From Cyanobacteria bacterium P01_A01_bin.123 (lineage in GTDB: Bacteria; Cyanobacteriota; Cyanobacteriia; Phormidesmidales; Phormidesmidaceae): 64,000 nucleotides of DNA. A program made the translations under genes and the position numbers. The stretch spans positions 32,001 to 96,000 of the forward strand of contig JBCBZT010000002.1 of NCBI GenBank assembly GCA_039815185.1, given 5' to 3'. The first letter of the stretch is position 1. Every line of letters starts with the position of its first letter. Positions 8,162 through 17,920 of this stretch are shown piece after piece. A model generated the notes under the pieces. It was not told the DNA's origin, ran no database searches, and saw only the letters and a program-made list of their open reading frames with translations.

Positions 8162-10375
8162 GTGCCGGAGGGGCCAGCAGGTGTGCCATTGTTGGAGCAT
8201 CCATTTCACGGAGATGCTGACAAGGATAACTGGTTTGGAGGCTTTACTAATCATTCAGGCAGCAGTGGCCGAGTTGAAATCCATCAACATTATGGATTGC
8301 CCAACACCAAGCCCGATGCGATCCATAGGGATAAGAAGGAAAAGATTTTAATTGATGCAGTTTGGACGGAGGTAGAAGATCGTTTAAGGCAATCTTTGCA
8401 CAATGCGATTTTGATTCGCTTAGATATGGCGGAGCAGCGTAACCAGGTGAGTCGCCCTTGGGACAGCCAGTTGCGCACGGCTGAGCAGGGTATAAAACCC
8501 TTAGAACCCGGCACCCACATTGCCGACGTGTTTGATCGGCGGGATGTGGGGGGTAAGCTGCTAATTTTGGGTAATCCCGGTTCAGGAAAGACGACCACGA
8601 TGTTGGATCTGGCAGCAGTGCTGATTCAACGAGCCAATGCCCAGCCTGACCAGCCGATTCCGGTGATGTTTAATCTGTCGTCTTGGCAGAATGCCAAGCA
8701 AAGTATTACCGACTGGCTGCTGGGTGAATTGAAGCTGAAGTACGGGGTATCGCCAAAGCTGGGACAGACCTGGCTGGCGGAGAAAAAGCTGTTGCCGTTG
8801 CTAGATGGGTTAGATGAGTTACCCCCGCAGCGACAAGAACCTGTGGTGCAAGCGATTAACGATTGGTTGCAGTCGGGGGAGGGGCCAACGCGACTGTTGG
8901 TGTGCAGCCGCATTGAAGAGTATGGGCTGTATGGGGCAAAACTGGCGTTGAATGGGGCCATTTGCCTGGAACTGCTCACAGATATACAGCTCCAGGACTA
9001 CTTAAACTCATTAAGAATGGGTGACCTATGGCAGACTCTGCAACAAGACACCGCGCTGCTGGGCTTGGTGAGGACACCACTTGTGTTATGCGTCTCGGTT
9101 TTGACGCATGAGGCAATCGATCCAGATCAGTGGAGGCGAAAGCAAACAACCACAGAGCGGACGGGCTATTTGCTAGACGCATATGTAAAACGACAGTTGC
9201 ATAAAGCTGTCAAGAGAGAGAGAAATCTATCAGTCAAACAGTTCACAGCGAAACAAATTCGTCGCCAACTTACTTGGCTTGCAAGAAGATTAATAGCAAT
9301 TTCCTCAGATGAGTTTTCTATTGAAGAGATTCAATCAGATTTTCTAAATAAACGGCGAAAAAGAGTTTACAAGATGGTTGTTTCTCTTGGTTTCGGAATA
9401 ATTATCGGTTGCATTTATTGGCTATTATGCAGAATTATATATACCTTGGTCATCGAAAGCGACTATCTTGTTGCATATATTGAAAATCTTGTTAGTACTT
9501 CATTTCCTTCATTTCCTTCATTTAGACATAACCAAATTTTTGATTCTTATATAAAAGGATTTGATTTCGCCTTCCACAGAGGAGCTCTTTGGGGAATGAT
9601 AATATCAATGCTTTGCGGAGCATTTCTTGGCTTCAATGAAAGTAGAAGAAATATTATGTTTACGGAGGCATTTTCTTTTCAGGGAATAAATAGAAAAACT
9701 CTAAAGATTTGGTTGATTGCTAGTCTAGCTTTAGGACTTGGCTTTGGCTTGATCTGTTTGGCTACTTTTGGAATTAATATCCTATATTCTCCCCGATTTT
9801 ACATTTATTCTGAAACTATTGACTCGCAAGCTCTAGGGCCAGCAGGTTCTATCGAGCCCATATTTTTGAAAGGCTCATTTCCTTATAAAATGGGAGTTAT
9901 ATATCTCCTTTTTACAGCTATTTCTTGGATAAAATTCTGGATTTTGTTCGGCATATTCAAAGGTATAAAAAAGCCAATTGAGGTAAAATATTTCTCCTCC
10001 CAAGGGATCTTAAATAATTTCAGGATGGCTGCATTATATTCTTTCTTTATATGTATTTTGATCACATTTTTCTCATTTATATGCCTCTCTTTTATTTCTA
10101 ATGTAGGCAATGTAGTTCATATCGTTTGGATTACAATGCCAATAATTTTTTTGTGTGCAGTTCTGATGAGCTTGGCATCTCTTGGTTTGCCATTAATTCA
10201 ACATTTTGTGCTTCGATTCTTACTTTGTAAGAGTGAAGGAATTCCCTGGAACTATACCTGCTTCCTCAACCACTGCACTGAACGCCTCATACTCCAGCGA
10301 GTCGGCGGGCGCTATCGGTTCATCCACAAACTTATACAAGAGCATTTTGCAGCCATGCCGATGGGGCGAGAGTGA
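8162..10375 (+). CDS. NACHT NTPase with C-terminal transmembrane region (bacterial NLR-like); frame is open from 8072
   Basis: Walker A GNPGSGKTT, Walker B LLDGLDE, VCSR, RTPL; several hydrophobic helices; C-terminal IPWNY...LQRVGGRYRFIH. Confidence 0.88.
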   Translation: MPEGPAGVPLLEHPFHGDADKDNWFGGFTNHSGSSGRVEIHQHYGLPNTKPDAIHRDKKEKILIDAVWTEVEDRLRQSLHNAILIRLDMAEQRNQVSRPWDSQLRTAEQGIKPLEPGTHIADVFDRRDVGGKLLILGNPGSGKTTTMLDLAAVLIQRANAQPDQPIPVMFNLSSWQNAKQSITDWLLGELKLKYGVSPKLGQTWLAEKKLLPLLDGLDELPPQRQEPVVQAINDWLQSGEGPTRLLVCSRIEEYGLYGAKLALNGAICLELLTDIQLQDYLNSLRMGDLWQTLQQDTALLGLVRTPLVLCVSVLTHEAIDPDQWRRKQTTTERTGYLLDAYVKRQLHKAVKRERNLSVKQFTAKQIRRQLTWLARRLIAISSDEFSIEEIQSDFLNKRRKRVYKMVVSLGFGIIIGCIYWLLCRIIYTLVIESDYLVAYIENLVSTSFPSFPSFRHNQIFDSYIKGFDFAFHRGALWGMIISMLCGAFLGFNESRRNIMFTEAFSFQGINRKTLKIWLIASLALGLGFGLICLATFGINILYSPRFYIYSETIDSQALGPAGSIEPIFLKGSFPYKMGVIYLLFTAISWIKFWILFGIFKGIKKPIEVKYFSSQGILNNFRMAALYSFFICILITFFSFICLSFISNVGNVVHIVWITMPIIFLCAVLMSLASLGLPLIQHFVLRFLLCKSEGIPWNYTCFLNHCTERLILQRVGGRYRFIHKLIQEHFAAMPMGRE

Positions 10376-10388
10376 TGGAGGTACTTTG

Positions 10389-10625
10389 ATGGTCGAAGGA
10401 CTAATTTTTCGCTACGACAAAGTAGGAGATATCCTTTATATCGACAAATGCTCACCTTACCCAGAGCAAGAATCTGATGAAATTGGCGATGAAATGATTG
10501 CTCGCTTTAACCCTGACTCTGGGGAGATTGAAAATCTGGAAATTCTGTTTTTCTCTAAACGCCTATTTGATGCCAACATTTTGGAACTCCCCGTCATTGC
10601 GAATATGCGGTTGGCGGCATCTTAG
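10389..10625 (+). CDS. DUF2283-like small protein (putative antitoxin family)
   Basis: ATG at 10389; YDKVGDILYI...GEIENLEIL. Confidence 0.7.
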   Translation: MVEGLIFRYDKVGDILYIDKCSPYPEQESDEIGDEMIARFNPDSGEIENLEILFFSKRLFDANILELPVIANMRLAAS

Positions 10626-10633
10626 AGAGATCG

Positions 10634-11172
10634 TTAATGCCTTGGTTTGTAGTTCAGCATGCCGCCCATCATCGCCCCGATAACCGTGGCAGGGAGCACC
10701 GCCAAAATCAGGACTAGACCGCTATAGGTGATGCCCAACATGCCGTCACCGGCTGTTTCAGGATTTGCCATCTCTACAAAAATCCCAGGACTAGCCACGC
10801 GGCAACCGATGGCAAAGGCAATCACGGCGGCGATCAGACTTCCCAGCACCATGTTTAACCCCAGTTGGGCACCTTTGAGTAGAGATCGCTGCACCATAGC
10901 GGCAATGATTCCCGCCACTAAGCTAATTGCCGTGCCAAGAATGCCAGCGATAAAGACCGTGATGAAAACTAAATAGACGAGGGCAGGCCATCCCCCGCGA
11001 TCGCGAGATATAAAACGCTCACCCCTACCATTGCCCCCACCAGCCAAGGGATAACTGCCCGCGATCGCCTTTGCCGCTGCATCAGTTTGAGGATGACAGT
11101 AAGAGCAACGCCCACCAGCATCACAGGAATCAAAAATATAACGTAGCCTAACCATGGATCGGCAATCAGCAT
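10634..11172 (-). pseudogene. Membrane protein split by a one-base frameshift (or a sequencing error) at a G5 run near 10992-10996
   Basis: The hydrophobic 67 aa ORF continues as GWPALVYLVFITVFIAG in the other frame if one G is added. Confidence 0.6.
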
Positions 11173-11294
11173 GACCAGTTGCGATGATGTGTATCAGATA
11201 CCCCAGAAAACATCATGCCTTTCGGGCATTCCGCGTAATCTTTTGCAACCTCGCTAAGATTTCATGACTTAACACGACCCTGTTCACCTGCTAG

Positions 11295-11338
11295 GTATCC
11301 ACAGCTACAGAGTCGTCGGGGCAGGCCCGATTTACTAT
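11295..11338 (+). promoter_or_regulatory. NtcA-type site with a downstream -10 box
   Basis: GTA-TCCACAGC-TAC (GTA N8 TAC) at 11295-11308; TACTAT at 11333 after a 24-nt spacer (canonical spacer about 22-23). Confidence 0.6.
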
Positions 11339-11449
11339 CCACAAGACCGCAGCAGATAACAGTCCAACCCAGGCTGCTGATAATAGACCCCATCCGGATT
11401 TAGAAAGTCAGATTGAGATGGGGTCGATATTGAAATTGGAGAGATTTTT

Positions 11450-12952
11450 GTGACTGTAGCGATTTCCAAACCCGAAACCCTCACAGACTTAGAAGCCTAC
11501 GTAAGCCAGTCAGAACGGGCTGAGCTGGTGAAACAGGTACGGGCCAAAATTGATCAACTGGGCATTCAATACATCTACTACCAGTTCGTTTCTGTCACCG
11601 GGCGGATCACGGGTAAAGGGGTTCCGGCGTCTCACTGGGAAAGCATTGCCGAGCGTGGAATCCAGCTCGTCTATGGGGCAATGGCAAACCTGTTTTTAGA
11701 TCGCTACGGTAACTACATTGGCTATGGGCCAGAAGCGTCAGAACTGGTTGCGATTCCTGACCCAGATACTTTTTGCCAACTGCCCTGGGATAAGCGTGTG
11801 GCGCGGGTGTTTTGCACCTGCTTCCGCAACCGGGAGGAGCCTGAAAATCCTGGCGGGTATCTGACTGCCGATTGCCGGGGCAATCTGCGTCGTATCCACG
11901 CCCAGTTTCAAGCAGACCATAACGGCCTCCATTTGCGCCACGGCACCGAACCCGAAATGATGTGGTTGAAGAAGGGGGCAGATGGCAAACCCGACGGCGG
12001 GGCGACCCATCCCTACTGCTATCACATCGACCAGTTTGAGCAACTGCGTCCGGTGGTGTTGAAGGTGATTGAGTACTGCAACGCCATGGGCCTAGACATG
12101 ATCCAGGGCGATCATGAAGATGCACCCGGTCAGCTCGAACTAAACTTTATGTTCGATAATGCCCTACGCACTGCCGATCGATTAACTACGTATCGCCAAA
12201 TTTGCTCCCAGGTAGCGCGGGAGTTTGGGCTAATAGCTTGCTTTATGTCTAAGCCGTTTATGGGCCTCTCTGCAAATGGTTGCCACCACAACCTATCGCT
12301 TTGGTACGGTGGTGAAGACAAGGTAGAAACCTTAGGGCAAGACTCACTCCCAGGCATGGAAGGCACGTTCAGCTATCGTAAGGGGGGTGAAAACACCTTC
12401 TTGCCTGACCCGGAGTTGAGCAAGACGAAACCTGGCCCTATTGGTCTCCAGTCCATTGGCGGGGTGATTGAGCACTTGGGTGCCCTGACTGCCATTGGTT
12501 GCTCTACTGTTAACTCTTACCGCCGCCTGTGGGATACGGGCTTATGGGCTCCCGTCTATGCCGACTGGGGTTTTCAAAACCGGACGTGCGGGCTACGGGT
12601 GTCGGCCCCAGGGCGGTTTGAATACCGGGCGGTGGACTCGATGGTGAATCCGTATTTGATGGCGTCTGCCATCCTCAAAGCCTTTGACGACGGCATCAAG
12701 CGCAACCTGGATCCGGGTGAACCGGAAGAGCGCAATCTTTACGAAGCCATGGAGGCGGGTAAGCAAGTGAAGAAGCTGCCCATGTCCCTAGGCGATGCCC
12801 TGGCTCGTTTAGAAGAAGACGAGGTGATTCAGTCGGCGATGCCGGAGGATATGTACCGGATCTTTGCCTGGTACAAGCGGGATGAGTGGGAGAAGTTTTT
12901 GGCGACCGTGACGGATTGGGATACAGATATGTATCTGGATTGCTTGCCTTAG
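11450..12952 (+). CDS. Glutamine synthetase-family gamma-glutamyl ligase (gamma-glutamylmethylamide synthetase-like), not canonical GlnA
   Basis: GTEPEMMW, DHEDAPGQLELN, FMSKPF, NGCHHN, NSYRRL, NRT, FEYR; lacks GlnA-type N-terminus. Confidence 0.8.
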   Translation: MTVAISKPETLTDLEAYVSQSERAELVKQVRAKIDQLGIQYIYYQFVSVTGRITGKGVPASHWESIAERGIQLVYGAMANLFLDRYGNYIGYGPEASELVAIPDPDTFCQLPWDKRVARVFCTCFRNREEPENPGGYLTADCRGNLRRIHAQFQADHNGLHLRHGTEPEMMWLKKGADGKPDGGATHPYCYHIDQFEQLRPVVLKVIEYCNAMGLDMIQGDHEDAPGQLELNFMFDNALRTADRLTTYRQICSQVAREFGLIACFMSKPFMGLSANGCHHNLSLWYGGEDKVETLGQDSLPGMEGTFSYRKGGENTFLPDPELSKTKPGPIGLQSIGGVIEHLGALTAIGCSTVNSYRRLWDTGLWAPVYADWGFQNRTCGLRVSAPGRFEYRAVDSMVNPYLMASAILKAFDDGIKRNLDPGEPEERNLYEAMEAGKQVKKLPMSLGDALARLEEDEVIQSAMPEDMYRIFAWYKRDEWEKFLATVTDWDTDMYLDCLP

Positions 12953-13059
12953 ATCGGGATGGCGATGCCGTTGATGATGAGTACCCCTCTGCCTGCGGCA
13001 CCTCCCCTTATGAAGGGGAGGATGGGTTGGGTCTGCTGTTAATGCACTCAAGTTGAGCT

Positions 13060-15042
13060 ATGTCTTGGATTCCCTGTGTACGTGGCTGGTTTATTTCCCT
13101 TTGTCTGCTGATCACTGTATTTATTGCAGGCTCAGGTTCAGCCTGGGCTGCTGCCTCACATCCCATGGATGCCCTCAGCCCTGCGGAATATAAGACCGCG
13201 CTTGGCATCTTAAAAGATGAGGGGCTGGTCAACGAAGACAGCCGCTACCCGTTTATTCAGCTCCAGCCACCCCCTAAAGCTGCCATGCTGGATTGGCAAC
13301 CAGGGGAACCTTTTGAACGTTCAGCTTTTGCCATGGTTAAGCAAGGGCCTGAGGTTTATGAGGCGGTGGTAAATCTAACGCGACGGGAAGTGTCGCGTTG
13401 GGAAGCGATCGCGGATGTACAAGCGGGCATCCTCTTAAGCGAATGGACGGGGGCTCAAGACATCACGCTGGCCGATCCGGCGTGGCAGGCGGCGGTTAAA
13501 AAACGGGGCATTGAAGCGGCTGACTATGGGGGCATTGTTTGTGCGCCCCTGACTGCAGGCTATTATGACCTGCCAGAAGAAGCAGGGCGGCGCTTATTTA
13601 AGGTCAACTGCTTTGATGGGCGGGATACGGAAAACTTTTGGGGTCGTCCGATTGAAGGCATCACGGCAGTCGTCGATATCGATGCGGGTCGGGTAATCAA
13701 GCTGGTGGATACGGGCGTTGTGCCGATGCCCACCGCATCTGCTGGATATACCGAAGCAGAAGTTACTCAGCAGAGCGCGCCCAAACCCCTGGACTGGACA
13801 GAAGCTAAGGGTCATGACTACACCTTTAACGGGCAAGTGGTGGATTGGCACAACTGGCAGTTCCATGTGCGCCTGGATTCGCGGGTGGGGCCGATTTTTT
13901 CCCTAGTAAAGTACAACGATCACGACAACTGGCGATCGGTAATGTACGAGGGGTCGCTGTCGGAGCTGTTTGTGCCCTACCAAAGCAGCGACCCCAACTG
14001 GTATTTCCGCACCTATATGGATGCGGGGGAATATGGGGCAGGGAAGTTGGCGGTGCCGCTGGAGCGCGATCGCGATTGTCCTTCCACTGCGGTGTATCTG
14101 GATGCAGTATTTGCCGATGACAGGGGGCAACCCTATACCCAAGCCGATGCCGCCTGCATCTTTGAACGCTATGGCGGCGACCCGGTGTGGCGACATACGG
14201 ATGCTCTGGTAGGTAAGTCGGCTAGCCGTCGCGATCGCGAATTGGTGGTTCGCTTCGTCACGGTCATTGGCAACTATGACTATCTGTTTGACTGGTCTTT
14301 TGGCGAAAACGGCACGCTCAAAGTGCGCTTTGGGGCCAGCGGGATGGAAGAGGTGCAGGCGGTTCCGGCGATGCGCGTTGACGGTGAAGCGATGACGAGT
14401 GAAGCCTTTGGTCGCATGGTTGCCCCCCAAACCCTAGCTGTCAACCACGACCACTTCTTTAGCTTCCGCCTCGACATGGACGTAGACGGGCCAGACAACA
14501 GCTTCGTTTGTGACGACCTCAAAACTGTTGCGGTCAAAGCAAGTCCCCGTACCAGTCTCTGGACCGTTGACTCTCACACGGCCAAAACCGAATCGGAAGC
14601 CCAGATGCGGCTGAATATTCGTGAACCTGCCCTGTGGCGAGTGGTCAATCCCCATGCGGAGAATTTTGTGGGCTATCCCACTAGCTACGAGTTCAAATCC
14701 CACGGTAATGCCATGTCGCTAATGCAGCCCGACGACTATCCTCAGCAGCGGGCAGGCTTTACCAACTATCACCTGTGGGTAACGCCCTACGCAGCAGATG
14801 AACGCTATGCGGCGGGCAATTATCCCAACCAAAGCCATGGCGGCGATGGGCTACCCGCTTGGACGGGGCAGGATCGTCCGATTGAAGATACGGATATTGT
14901 GGTTTGGTACACGCTGGGGTTACACCATGTGGTGCGGGCAGAAGATTGGCCGGTGTTGCCAACGGAATGGCACGAATTTGAAGTGCGGCCTTTTGACTTT
15001 TTTGATGGGAATCCAGCGTTGGAGATTTCGTCTAAAAGTTAG
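13060..15042 (+). CDS. tynA: Copper-containing (TPQ) amine oxidase with signal peptide
   Basis: Signal-like N-terminus ending AWA; HPMDALS; YMDAGEYG; GNYDY TPQ consensus; HDH and HHV Cu ligands; EDWPVLP. Confidence 0.9.
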   Translation: MSWIPCVRGWFISLCLLITVFIAGSGSAWAAASHPMDALSPAEYKTALGILKDEGLVNEDSRYPFIQLQPPPKAAMLDWQPGEPFERSAFAMVKQGPEVYEAVVNLTRREVSRWEAIADVQAGILLSEWTGAQDITLADPAWQAAVKKRGIEAADYGGIVCAPLTAGYYDLPEEAGRRLFKVNCFDGRDTENFWGRPIEGITAVVDIDAGRVIKLVDTGVVPMPTASAGYTEAEVTQQSAPKPLDWTEAKGHDYTFNGQVVDWHNWQFHVRLDSRVGPIFSLVKYNDHDNWRSVMYEGSLSELFVPYQSSDPNWYFRTYMDAGEYGAGKLAVPLERDRDCPSTAVYLDAVFADDRGQPYTQADAACIFERYGGDPVWRHTDALVGKSASRRDRELVVRFVTVIGNYDYLFDWSFGENGTLKVRFGASGMEEVQAVPAMRVDGEAMTSEAFGRMVAPQTLAVNHDHFFSFRLDMDVDGPDNSFVCDDLKTVAVKASPRTSLWTVDSHTAKTESEAQMRLNIREPALWRVVNPHAENFVGYPTSYEFKSHGNAMSLMQPDDYPQQRAGFTNYHLWVTPYAADERYAAGNYPNQSHGGDGLPAWTGQDRPIEDTDIVVWYTLGLHHVVRAEDWPVLPTEWHEFEVRPFDFFDGNPALEISSKS

Positions 15043-15128
15043 AAAGATGCGTCACCATCTCAGCACGTTTGAGTCAAGGTTGCTCCCTATCAGATGCACT
15101 AGTGTTGCGGAGGTATTCCCTGTAGAAC

Positions 15129-15497
15129 CTAGCCATTCATGCCGTCCTCGTCGTTTTCGACGGCGATCGCTTGATCAATCTCATCGGCATGGCTGGCATA
15201 GTAGGCCCGTGCCACGGTTAGGTCGAAGGGAGTGAGCCCAGGAAAGTTATGGAGCAGTTCAGCATCGTCAGCGCCTTGTTCTTGCAAGGAGATTAGCGTC
15301 CAAACGGAAATGCGGGTGTTACGGATACGAGCATGTCCGCCACAGACCCCCGCTGTTTTTTGGACGCTGCGGGTGGTGAGTTGTTGTTGGAACAGGGCAT
15401 AGTCCTCTGGAGGCAAGGACTCAACGGCCTGGACGAGGGATTCCACAAGTTTGGTGTTCATCAAAGCAACCGGGAAAAGGGGCTGAACTCTTTTCAA
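15129..15497 (-). CDS. DUF433-domain protein (antitoxin-like)
   Basis: TAGVCGGHARIRNTRISVWTL...ELLHNFPGLT. Confidence 0.8.
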   Translation of the reverse strand: MKRVQPLFPVALMNTKLVESLVQAVESLPPEDYALFQQQLTTRSVQKTAGVCGGHARIRNTRISVWTLISLQEQGADDAELLHNFPGLTPFDLTVARAYYASHADEIDQAIAVENDEDGMNG

Positions 15498-15739
15498 AAT
15501 CTAGCGTCACGACTTCATAGGGGATACAGAATTTTAAGATTGAATCACAAGCTGAGGCACAGGCTAATTCAATCGTCAAAGTCGCGTCAATCGATTTATT
15601 AAGTCTGACTACGAATTTTGATAGCAGGAGTTATAAGCATAGATTGTGCCAGCAATACAGGCTCGAAAAATTGCAAATGAGTACCCTTACAAATCCGGGC
15701 ATAATGGAGTAAGCCAGATACTCACATAGGAACTATCTT

Positions 15740-17881
15740 ATGGTCAACGTCGTTCGAGGCGATGTCGCTAAACCAGTTTCATCTAAAAGGCTAGCCGAAT
15801 ACTTTGAAGCCAGAGTTGATATTGATGGCAGCCTATACATGGGATATCCAATTATAGGAACTCCGCAAGGAGGCTATCAAATCGACGCTCTTTTAATATC
15901 AAGAGAACACGGCGTCGTTATTTTTAACTTGGTAGAAGGTATTGAAAGTGATGTTGATATAGAAGAGGTACAGGATGAGAGTATAACTAAAATTCAATCG
16001 AAGCTCCTTCAACATAAGGCACTGACTAGTAGAAGAAGGCTAATGGTTGAAATCAATGTTGTCACTTATGCACCGGCTTTAAGTCATAAGCCAAGTATCT
16101 CCGAAGATTATCATGTGCTCATCAATGAGAATGAGTTAGCAGAGTATCTCAATTCTCAGAGTTGGGAACATGATGAATATTTTGAGAAGCTTAATTCAGT
16201 AATTCAAGCCATTACCTCTATCAGAAAAAGAAAACAGAGGAACTATGTACAACAGGAGAATTCTCGAGGTGCAAAGTTAAGCAGATTAGAGGATTCAATA
16301 GCAAATTTAGACAGGAATCAGAGTGCTGCTGTAATTGAAACTGTAGAGGGAGTACAAAGAATTAGAGGGCTTGCAGGCTCAGGAAAAACTATTGTTCTAG
16401 CTCTCAAGGTTGCATATTTACATGCAAAGCATCCTGATTGGAATATAGCTGTAACTTTTAATACTCGCTCGCTTAAAGGTCAGTTCAAACAGCTAATTAA
16501 TACATTTACTATTGAACATACTAGCGAGGAACCAGATTGGGAAAAGGTAAAAATCATACATGCTTGGGGTAGTCCTTCCAAGGATGGAATTTATTATGAA
16601 TTTTGTAAGAGACATAATGTAGAATATCGAGATCTCAGCAGAGCCAGAAAAATCGCTAACTCATATGGTCAGGAGTTTGATGCTGTTTGCGAGGAATCCC
16701 TCAGTAAAGTATCAGAATTTGAACAATATTATGATGCGATTTTGATTGATGAAGCACAAGATTTCTCCAAACACTTCCTAAGGCTTTGCTATGAAATTCT
16801 CACAGAACCAAAGAGGCTAGTGTATGCCTATGATGAATTGCAAAGCTTAAATAAAAAAGTAATGGAATCGCCAGAGTCTATTTTTGGTGATGACTCTTAT
16901 GGTAATCCTCGTGTTCTATTGCAGAATCGTATTGGTGAACCTAAACAAGACATTATCTTAGAGAAATGCTATAGAAATTCCCGCCCAATTTTAGTCTCTG
17001 CTCATTCTCTTGGCTTTGGGATATATAGGGACGATGGGCTGGTTCAGATGTTTGAATACTCTGGTTTGTGGAGAGATATTGGCTACGAGGTTGAAGAAGG
17101 AAATTTAGAAGACAATAGTTCTGTAAAACTTGCTAGAAACGAGAATACAAGCCCAAGATTTCTCGAAACTCATTCCTCAATAGAGGACTTAATTATATTT
17201 AAGTCATTTGATACTGATGGTGATCAAATTGAATGGCTTGTTAACCAGATAGACACAAATTTGAAGCAAGATGAGTTAAAGTATGACGACATAATGGTCA
17301 TACATACAAATCCATTGACAGCCAGAAAAGCCCTAGGAGTTGCTAGAGAAGCTCTTTTTGACAAAGGCATTAACTCCAGCTTAGCCGGAGTAACGACTTC
17401 ACCCGATGAATTTTTCAATGAAAATTCCATCGTTTTCACTAGTATCAACAGAGCCAAAGGTAACGAAGCTGCAATGATTTATGTGATTAATGCACAATTA
17501 TGCTTTTCTGGTTTTGAGCTTGCGAGAAAGAGAAATATTCTATTCACTGCAATGACTCGAAGCAAGGCTTGGTTGAGAGTTGTCGGACATGGTGAGAGCA
17601 TGAAAAGCTTAGTGCATGAATATGAAAAAGTAAAACAAAAGAATTTTACTCTCGATTTCCTATATCCCAGCGAATCAGAACGAAGGAGAATGAATCTTGT
17701 TAATAGAGATATGAGTCCTAGAGAACGTGAACTTCTGAAAGACAGGAGTAAGCAGGATAATTTCAAGGAAGTACTTGAGGCTCTTGTGCAAGGTGAAATC
17801 CATCTTGAAGACTTACCTTCTGATGTTCAAGAGAGTTTGAAGAAATTTGCAACCAATCAGCCTGAGACCAAAAGTGACTAA
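15740..17881 (+). CDS. SF1 (UvrD-like) helicase with N-terminal NERD/nuclease-like domain
   Basis: GLAGSGKT, LIDEAQD, CYRN, SINRAKGNE and FTAMTRSK motifs; visibly AT-rich. Confidence 0.85.
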   Translation: MVNVVRGDVAKPVSSKRLAEYFEARVDIDGSLYMGYPIIGTPQGGYQIDALLISREHGVVIFNLVEGIESDVDIEEVQDESITKIQSKLLQHKALTSRRRLMVEINVVTYAPALSHKPSISEDYHVLINENELAEYLNSQSWEHDEYFEKLNSVIQAITSIRKRKQRNYVQQENSRGAKLSRLEDSIANLDRNQSAAVIETVEGVQRIRGLAGSGKTIVLALKVAYLHAKHPDWNIAVTFNTRSLKGQFKQLINTFTIEHTSEEPDWEKVKIIHAWGSPSKDGIYYEFCKRHNVEYRDLSRARKIANSYGQEFDAVCEESLSKVSEFEQYYDAILIDEAQDFSKHFLRLCYEILTEPKRLVYAYDELQSLNKKVMESPESIFGDDSYGNPRVLLQNRIGEPKQDIILEKCYRNSRPILVSAHSLGFGIYRDDGLVQMFEYSGLWRDIGYEVEEGNLEDNSSVKLARNENTSPRFLETHSSIEDLIIFKSFDTDGDQIEWLVNQIDTNLKQDELKYDDIMVIHTNPLTARKALGVAREALFDKGINSSLAGVTTSPDEFFNENSIVFTSINRAKGNEAAMIYVINAQLCFSGFELARKRNILFTAMTRSKAWLRVVGHGESMKSLVHEYEKVKQKNFTLDFLYPSESERRRMNLVNRDMSPRERELLKDRSKQDNFKEVLEALVQGEIHLEDLPSDVQESLKKFATNQPETKSD

Positions 17882-17920
17882 CATATTAATAAGTAGAATG
17901 ATACATAACTATTCTGTTAA

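Noticed and set aside
10206..10388. N-terminal extension of the 139-aa ORF
   Set aside because: It overlaps the NACHT C-terminus; the recognisable domain starts at ATG 10389.
11450..12952. Canonical glnA
   Set aside because: Lacks the GSI N-terminal and C-terminal signatures; better treated as a GS-like gamma-glutamyl ligase.
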